Shown here: in pieces, positions 11,677 to 20,800 of the stretch
How the letters are laid out: each line of letters begins with the position of its first letter
How positions within the stretch are numbered: position 1 is the first letter of the stretch
NCBI GenBank assembly: GCA_035389045.1
Contig: DAOORA010000002.1
Coordinates: 78,957 to 139,738, forward strand
DNA: 60,782 bases
From: Bacteroidales bacterium
GTDB taxonomy: Bacteria; Bacteroidota; Bacteroidia; Bacteroidales; CAIWKO01
Direction of reading: 5' to 3'
Notes under the pieces: generated by a model
The model's database searches: none
What the model saw: only the letters and a program-made list of their open reading frames with translations
Told to the model about the DNA's origin: nothing
Position numbers and translations under genes: made by a program

Positions 11677-11715
11677 TTTTGAGAAAAGAAAATTAATTTT
11701 GAGAAAATGAAAATC
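11677..11715. promoter_or_regulatory. Direct repeat TTTTGAGAAAA(T)GAAAAT x2, candidate regulator-binding site
   Basis: Copies start at 11677 and 11697 (20-bp period), immediately upstream of the candidate -7 box on the minus strand. Confidence 0.35.
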
Positions 11716-11773
11716 AACGGGAGCTTATTCATAATACTTCTAACACAACATGCACCGGATTAATCAGTTGATA

Positions 11774-11813
11774 TAAACAACGAAGGCAGCCTGTGTGCTG
11801 CCTTCGTTGTTTA
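11774..11813 (-). terminator. Intrinsic terminator downstream of giant gene 2
   Basis: Perfect 17-bp inverted repeat TAAACAACGAAGGCAGC-ctgtgt-GCTGCCTTCGTTGTTTA, 14 nt past the stop codon, with the same AAGGCAGC/GCTGCCTT core as the terminator at 1384-1418. Confidence 0.85.
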
Positions 11814-11827
11814 ACAATCAATACCGC

Positions 11828-14800
11828 TTATCTGGCAATCACCATACGTTTTGTCTGCTTTTCTCCCTGGTAGGAAACAGAGTAGAAATAGATACCATCG
11901 GGCAGCATTGCCGCATTCAGATTTATACGGTTCTCGCCTTTTACGACATCCATATCTTCGGCTCTGATCGCCTTACCCAACACATCGTACATCTCAAAAC
12001 GCGCCCGGTCACTTTCAGGCACATAAAATACAATATCCGTTAGATTGCCTGCAGGATTCGGAACATTCTGATACAGGACAAAACCCGAATAATCATAAGA
12101 TTCAATACCTACCTGACCGTATGGATATATACATACCTGGTCGTTCAGCGAATTAGCATCGCCGGTAAGGGTAGTCTTGGCACATAAGCTGTAATTACCG
12201 ATCGGTGACACATTAAGTGTCGTAAAGGCGTAATCAACAGAGTCGCCGCCATTCAGTGTGCCCGTCCATACGCCGGCTCCAACCTGAACAGAATTGCGCA
12301 GGTACACCAGCGGGATGGAAGTTTCAACACCTAAACCATAATTTTTGATACGCACTTTCACCGTGTCGGCCTGCCCGAATATTGTTGTCGCTCCCGGAGC
12401 CAGTATTGCAGAAATACCAACATCGTGAGGTGCGGGTGTGGTTCCGAACGAGGCACAAATCGTATCGTTAAACGTGTAAATATCGCCTGTCGCTTTGGTA
12501 AAAGCGCAAAGGTTATAGGTGGTTGCAGGAGATGCATAAGTACTGCTGAATGTATAGTTTACCGTATTACCCGGTGTCAGCGAACCCGTCCATGTTTCAG
12601 AAGTAACGGCGCCATTATTTACCACATACCGCACAGGGAATGAAGTAAGGTTGGCCGTTCCAAAGTTTTTAATAGTCACCTGCACGGTCACAGGGCTTCC
12701 GGTCTGGGTGGCAGCATTAGGCTGTAATATGGCTATCACCCCCGCATCCTGTGGTATCGGTGGAGCCGTGATGGCAAAATTGTCAATAGCCCATCCTTCA
12801 TTGACACCCGAAACGTCTGAGAAGAATTTAAATCTGAACTGAACCGGCGTTGTAGCATTTACAATATTAGGTATGGCCGTAAGCCGGTATTTTGAATATA
12901 CATATCCGTTTGAACTTCCAGCCCAGCAAGGGAATCCTGATGCTGTGGAATTATACCAGTTCACACCATTAGGATCAGCAAGGGTTCCCAGGGTGGTCCA
13001 TGTTCCGTTATTGATAGAATATTCAACCTGACCGCCGTCATAATTTGTCTCTGTATCATACCAATGCCAGAATTCAAGATAAGCGCTGTCGACACCCGTA
13101 AACATGAATAAGGGCGAATACAGGTATTCTATGGCGCTGTTGATATAATCTCCGTCAAGATTGGTCACCCAGGCATGTGTCGGGCTGTAAGCCGAATCTA
13201 TCAGAGTGGCTGCAGGCACACCCCATTCCCAGAGGTTGGATGTACCGGCGCCAAACCATGTCACAAGGCCTTCATAATCGTCGCTGTAAGGAACATTATA
13301 AAAAGGTACGCCGGTAATATGATTTACCGCCGTATCGTTGACATGATCGCCATCGGCGCTCAGCCCGGTATAGGCATACAAATCAAAAGCGCCGGCAGGG
13401 ATGGTCATCGGTGCGGTGAATGTAAGGGTGGTGGTATCCTCGGGGTTTAAAGTTCCGGTCCATGTTTGGGTGACCGGGGTTCCTGTTAATCCTAACCTGT
13501 ATGAAACCGGTATGCTGTGTAAAGTATCAGTGCCAAAGTTTTTGATCCTTGCCTTAACCACTGCGGAACTTCCCGCCGGGGCCTGTACTGCAGGCGTCTT
13601 GATCAGCTGAACTCCCGCATCCTGCGGATAAGGCAATGTGATGGCGAAATCATCAACCGAAACACCATCATAATTTACCGAACCATCGGATGTAAATACA
13701 AAACGGAACCTGACCATCGGTACGTTATTCAATATACCCAGCTTATACTCACAATACTTCCATCCTGAAGAAGTACCGGTCCAACCGGGTTGATTGCCGG
13801 AGGAAACTATCGTTTCATCATTGTACCAATTCAAGCCCTGAGGGTCGTTATAAATACCGAGAACATTCCAGGTAACGCCATTGTCCGTAGTATAATCTAT
13901 ACGTGTTCCATCATAACCACTTTCTACATTGTAATTGATCCAGAATTTCATACGGGCATTGACGGCAGATGAAAAATCAAAATACTGCGTATAAAGCATG
14001 GTATTGGCGCTGACGAAATAATTGGTGTCTAAGTTGACATCCCATGCATTAGGGGCAGAATGAACGCTATTCGTGGTACCGTAGCCCGGTTGTCCGAGTT
14101 CCCATTTGGTAATGCTTGTGCTTGTAGCATTTGTTTGAGACCAATATACCACAGGCCCGTCAAAGTTATCGTAATAAGGCAGCGTGCTCGAAATCACTCC
14201 GAAAGGAGTAATACACAGGGTGTCATTTCCATGATTGGGGTCCGTTGTCAGAGAAGTATAGGCACAAAGATCAAATCCAAGGCTGGGAACCGTGAAGGTT
14301 TGGGTAAAAGTCACCGTATCGGTACCATTCGGCAACAAGGAGCCTGTCCAGGGCTGGGTTGCCTGTACCACACCGTTAACTGAATATGCAAGGTTGAGGG
14401 AAGTCAGGGTGTCTGCACCAAAATTCCTGAAGATGACGCTGACAGTTTCAACCGTATTGGAAACAAGCTGATTGGCAGGTTGCAAGAATGCTATGACACC
14501 GGCATCATATAAGGGCGTCCCATGAAAATTCTTACAAACCGTATCATTAAAAGCATAAATATCTCCGGGAAGCTGAGTCCTGGCACAAATCGTATTTGCA
14601 TTAGCCGTGACGGTAATATCCGGTAAAACAACCGTATCTGTTGCAAGCGGTAAAATATCGCCACCATTCCATATCAACGACTGTACGGCGCCTCCGTTAT
14701 GGGAATAAGCAACCATCATGTTTGAAGTGTTGTGAATGGTATCGGAACCGAAATTTTTAATGATAACACGTACCGGTACGGATTCTCCTTCCGTTTCGGT

Positions 14801-17800
14801 GGCTAACGGTTCAATGACAGTTATGGCGCCGGCATCATGAGGTATCTGGGGTGATATCATCACGGTGTAATCTTCTGTTTCACCATATAAATAATTTCCG
14901 CAGGGTTCCACATTAGAGGCAACCGTAGTCTGTTCCGCTACAACCCTCATTCTTAGAGGCAATCCTATCACTGCTGTTACAGGAATAGTAATATTTCCGG
15001 TAACCGTGGGGGCTGTTGCCGTGGCCAGAGCTCCAAATACTAATTCGGCGGTAGGATCAAGCACACCATCCCTGTTGTAGTCTATAAAGGTTTTCACATA
15101 CGTACTTGAAAATGTAGTATGAGAAATAATGCTAACCGAGATCGGGTAAGTATTGGCTGAATTCAGCTGAACCGCAGGCAGCGATGCGGTGAAGTCAGAA
15201 TAGCCATTGATGGCTGAAGCATTGTTTGTAACCGGCACAGCAATGCCATTGTTAATATTACTGAGGGTAACATTACCAATATCGCCATAACTGGTCGGTG
15301 ATGTGGAAGTAGAGGTGCAGTAAGCCAGCGGCTGGCATATCACGGTCTTTTGAGCAGTATCATTAACATGCGTTGCATCGCAGGCCATATCGGTATACAC
15401 TTCGATAACATGTGTGCCTATTACAGAAAGGTCGGCAGTTACGGCAAAAGTAAACACAGCGGTATCGTTTGAAGCCACAGGCCCCTGAACGGTATCATTA
15501 ACCGGAGTTCCACCATTGACAGTATAATGTATAGGAACTTTAACGGCCGGTGCCGATCCATAGTTTCTGATTTTCACTGTGACCGGTTCAGTTGTCGATA
15601 ACTCTATACCCGTATTGGGTTCATAAATATCAAGAACGCTGACATCACAGGCCGGAACACCCGATACAAAAACAGTGTCTGCCACACGGGTACTGGTACA
15701 GCCGCTTCCACCAGAGCCAACCACCCAGTCGTAGAAATAATAATAGTATTGCGGATAGCCCGTGAAACTGTTTCCTGTAATAGAAATAACACCCGGCAAG
15801 GTATACGGATATGCAGCTCCATCCGTATTTCTGTATAAGGAAACTCCGGGGCTCGCACTGTTAAAGCCCATCCGGTAATTTGTTCCTGCCGGCAAATCAT
15901 AATCTACAGGAATATATGTTTTAACATTCGGGGTTGTAACCGGATAAGTTATGGTGGTCAGCACGGTGCCCGAGCTGTTGGCAATATATAAAACCACATC
16001 GCCGGAAGCGCCGGGATAGACATAAACCCCTTTAATATTAACGATCGATGACAAAACATCAAAAATCAGATAATATGAATAATCAACGGCGCCACCACCT
16101 CCGATGGTATTATCAAAAGGCCCGACATGCTGATCCAGTGATCCTGACACCGCCTCAGCATAATATACGGTTGTATTATAAAGCACAGGCGTAGTGAAAT
16201 AGGCGGAATTGGATATGGCAGTACCGCCTGTAGGAACATCAAACCAGCTTACTGAATCACTGGAAACCGCATGTATGGTTCCGGTAGTGGCATAAGGTAT
16301 GGTGATGTTTGCCACGGCAGGAGCCGGAGGAGTATAAAGCATATCGAACAAGCTGTGCAGGGTATCGTTGGCCGGATAAGGATCACCGGCGAGTTCGATA
16401 TAGGTAACCAGATTAAAGGTCGTATCAAGATTGGCCTGAGATAATCCGGTGGTCAGCGGTGAGGTGAATGTGTAGGGTACGGTATCTCCCGGATAAATAG
16501 TACCGGGTATGATCTCCGACACTACGGGGCTACCATTCACCGTATAGTTGACAGTGAGGTTACCGGTCAGGGTATCCATACCGTTATTGGAAACCAGCAC
16601 GGAAATATTGGCTACACCGTCATTGCATCCTGCAACAGGTGAAGTAACCGATACAATGGAAGCTTCTTTGGGATACAGTGAGAGGAAAGCCGTATCCGGA
16701 ACACGGGCGCTGGGACAGCCTGATTTATCATACAGCACCGTTCCGTTAAAACCTCTCGGGACATTAATATCTCCGAATAAGCTGCAAAGTCCCACACCGG
16801 AGGTTAATTTCAGATCCGTATTCGTATAAGTGGTGACGGATGTTAAACTCGAGTAGGTAGCATTAAAATAAAGGTATACACCGGTAACCTGCCCGGATAG
16901 AACAAGAAAATCATCAACATCCACGTAGGTCATTGCACCCGTAGCAGTGCTGGATGCATTATAGGTGCCCAAAAGGGTCCAGGCGGCCGGTGTGATTTCC
17001 GAGCCGCTGTAACTTCCCTGCTTGGTATAAACCCCTACCGTAAAAGCTCCGGCAACATTAGGCCTGACATTAAAACCGGTAACTGAAAGATTCGAACCAA
17101 GGGGTTCCAGATCAAACATATTTCCGCCCGCACAGGTGGTAGATCCATTGAAAACTGTATTCAAAGAATCACTTCCGGACATCGTGGAAACTTCTGCATA
17201 ATAGACGCCCATGTTGAAAAGAGGCGGTGTAACAAAAGTATGACCCGTTCCGACCACAACTCCCCCTACCGGAACATCATACCAATATACTGAATCGGGT
17301 GAAATTGCCTGAAGTGTCGCCGATGTGCCGAAAGAAACCGTATCATTTATGGTTACCGGTGGATTGGGTACATGCATGGAATTGATCATCGCTGATAAGG
17401 TATCATTCGTCTGGAACGGATCACCGGCCAAACTAATCCAGGTAGTCAAGGGGAATATCGAATCACTGGCCAGTACCTGAAGATCGACTGTCTGGCTGAA
17501 AGAAAAATCAATGGTATCACCAGGAACAATGGTATCCGTAATCAGCTCTGATATCACAGAACCTCCATTAAATACATAGTAACCTGAAAAATTGCCCTGT
17601 ATGGTATCGGAGCCGGTATTTTTAATCTGCAGGGTAACGGGTTCCGCATTCGACAACCCACACCCCGTTTGAGGTGACACTATGGATAATAATGCCGCTT
17701 CCTGTTCGGGCACATAGGAAATATTTATATCATCAATATAAATATTGTAAGCATTTGCAATGCTGTAGGCGTGCCAGCCGAAATAATATGAACCTGTAGC

Positions 17801-20800
17801 CGGAACAATAAACTGCGCGCTGGCTTTCTGGTAAGTTGTAACAGCAAATGAAGGTAAAGATACCAGCATAGTGGTCATTGCCGCCGGTGTAGCCGAAGTC
17901 CCCAGCTTTAATTCCATACTTTCGATATCGGTAGTATTCTGAGATCTGTACCAGAATTCTATTTTGTAAGTGGATCCTGCCATTAAGGGGAAGCAACGTG
18001 AAAACAGCCAGTCGTCAGCGGTATTGGATGAATTATAATTGTACCTGGCGCTGTTTGAGCCTGTACGGCTGTACGTAGTACTTGAGTATGGATAAGTCCA
18101 TGTTGTATTGTCGCCATTGACATCCAGTTTAGACCACAAGGAAACATCTTCGCTCGCCTCAAAACCCATGGTATAATTATTTAGAGATAAATCGAAACCC
18201 GTGTTTACAAGGTAATTATTTACCGTATCATTGGCCGGCAAGGTATCACCGGGAACCTTAATATAAGCGTCAAAGGTATAATCGCCATAAACAGACATGT
18301 CTACCGTTTGTGCAAAAGTATACGAATAGGCTGAATCCGGCTGGATGGTATAGTAGAGTGTTTCATGTACCGGGGTGCCGTTGTTCATAACATAATATAA
18401 ATCCGTAGTGTCTATCGGCATAGCCCCGGTATTTTTAAACCGGACGGTCACCGGTTCCGCATTGGTGAGTGAACAACCCGTAACAGGCGCTATTATCGAA
18501 ACACAGGCTCCGTCATGATCCGGAACAATTGAAATGTTAATATCATCAATAAAATGATAATAAATCGAGGGAGGACTGCTTGCCTGCCATCCGAAATAAT
18601 ATACACCAGTAACCGAAGGCGCCACCTGGCATACCACCTGCTGATAGGTGGTATTTGTAAATCCTGATAATGTCAGCAGGGTGTTGGTCATTCCGGCAGG
18701 TGTTGCTGAATTGCCAAACTTTAATGCTGCGGTTTGCGGGTAGGACGCACTTTCAGCACGGTACCAGAAACTGATCTGATATCTCTTCCCGGCCTCTAAG
18801 GTAAAGCAACGGCTAAACATCCAGTCAGTCAATGTATTACTCGAAGAATTATAAAAACGGGCGCTGTTGGAACCGGTATGAGCATAACCTACATAAGGTA
18901 TTTGATAAGTATAAGTTCCTCCATTTTCGCTGAAAACGCTCCAGGCTGAATAATTCTCCGATGCTTCAAACCCCATTGTATACGGGCCGCTGTTAAAATC
19001 ATAGCCATTTTCAATAACCCGTGTAGCGGTATCGTCCAATGGAATCAGGTCTCCGATGGCATGGATATATACTTTCAGTGTGTGTGCTCCGGTGGCAGAC
19101 AGATCCAATTGTTGTGCAAAAGTATAGGTATATGTGGAATCCGGTAGTATTGTGTCGTATACTGTTTCATGCACGGGGGTGCCATTATCCAGGATGTAAT
19201 AAACCTCAGTAGTGTCGATAGCCCCGAGGCCTGTGTTCTTAATTTTTATCATGAGGGTTTCATTGGCCGTTAATCCGCAGGAACTTAAGGGTTGGGTAAC
19301 GGCAGTGATGCCCAGGTTACGCGCAGGAATATCAAACTCATAAGCTCCAATATCAGGTTGAGTAGCATTGCGCGGGTTACCCTCTATATCGCCGGTAATG
19401 CCGGTTATGGGTGTGGCATGGGCATTGATGGCCGATGACAAGGTATGGAGATCGGTCGGGGAGAAAAAAGAAGGTTGGGCTGAAACAGAATTGGTGTCCT
19501 TTGCACTGGCAGTTTTCCAGGCAGCAAGGTTGGCGCGTAACGCACTCCAGTACCCTAAATTCGTACCGGTTGAAAACAGGTCATTGTAATCCGAGGCGCT
19601 GACCATGGCCGGTGTGCCAACATAAAACGACACACCGCTCGTATTTGCTCCTGTATAGGCAAAAATATTATTTTTAAATCTATGATTCAGGTAGGTAGTG
19701 CCTCCATATAAGTACATGGCTCTCGCAGTCGAATAATTAGTATAGACATTTACACTGTTGTAATATATATTCTGGTAAGAACTATAATTGTCATAGATAC
19801 CATATGTGGTAGTGGAGCCGCCAATGCTAATGGCATTATTGGCAATCAAACCGGGCTTCCCCGCCACACCGTCGCAATAATATACCTGTATGCCATATCC
19901 GCCGTTAGCCATGACAATTTTATTTTTCAGGATTTGCATATTATTATCGCAATAATAAGTATAAATTCCGTTGAAAGGTGTATAGCCTGAATTGGTAGTA
20001 ATAGTGTTCCCGCTAATAACAGGGGCATTATGATAACCTAAATAGATACCGCTGAGATACTGGTTTGTGAACGTGTTATTGGTAATACTGGTTTTGTTTT
20101 CAAGTGCTGTGGAGCTTCCGCCATAAAAATATATGCCGTAGGAGCCACCTGTAAATGTGTTATTGTTGAAAACAGATAATGAGTCTATTGATGTTGTGCC
20201 CGATGCTGAGTTTACCAATGCGATATTAACGGAATTAAGGGCGGTATCCTTACCTATAATTCTGTTTCCATCAAACTGATTATTGATGGCATTTCCGTTT
20301 ATTGCAAGGACACAGGCATATGCTTTACCGGTACTCCTCAGCGTCATGTTTTTAAACCTGAAATGGTCCGCTCCGTCGAGTTTAACTACATAATTACCTG
20401 AAGACGTTGTGGCATACCTTAAGGTAACATCAGTGTTCACGCCTGTCGATGACTGGAATGTGATGGTGTTTGTATCAGAAGCGCCGGCAATTTCCGGGAA
20501 ATTAAGCTGCTCCGTATAGGTACCCGGTTGAACATTAAAAATAACCGGTCCGCTGACATGGCAATTCTGCATAGTGATCAGCGCTGTACTGAAGTTTGGG
20601 AAATCAGCGCCCGATGGCCCGATCGTGTATGGTCCGCTGAGGGAAGAGGCACAGGCATAAAAGGAGAGGGAAACAGTATCATTACTTTGATTCTGATCCA
20701 CACTGTCATTGGGTAGTTCTGTCCATGCCCTGATGGTATGTAAACCCGTAGTTGAGACATTAATATTACCCATATTCAGTGTTGTTGAAACAACATCCTG

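Noticed and set aside
2270..13660. Diversity-generating retroelement (template/variable repeat pair) as the explanation for the near-identical blocks
   Set aside because: The repeats are about 1 kb, both lie inside coding genes, and the mismatches I checked are mostly synonymous and not adenine-specific. No reverse transcriptase is present in the window.
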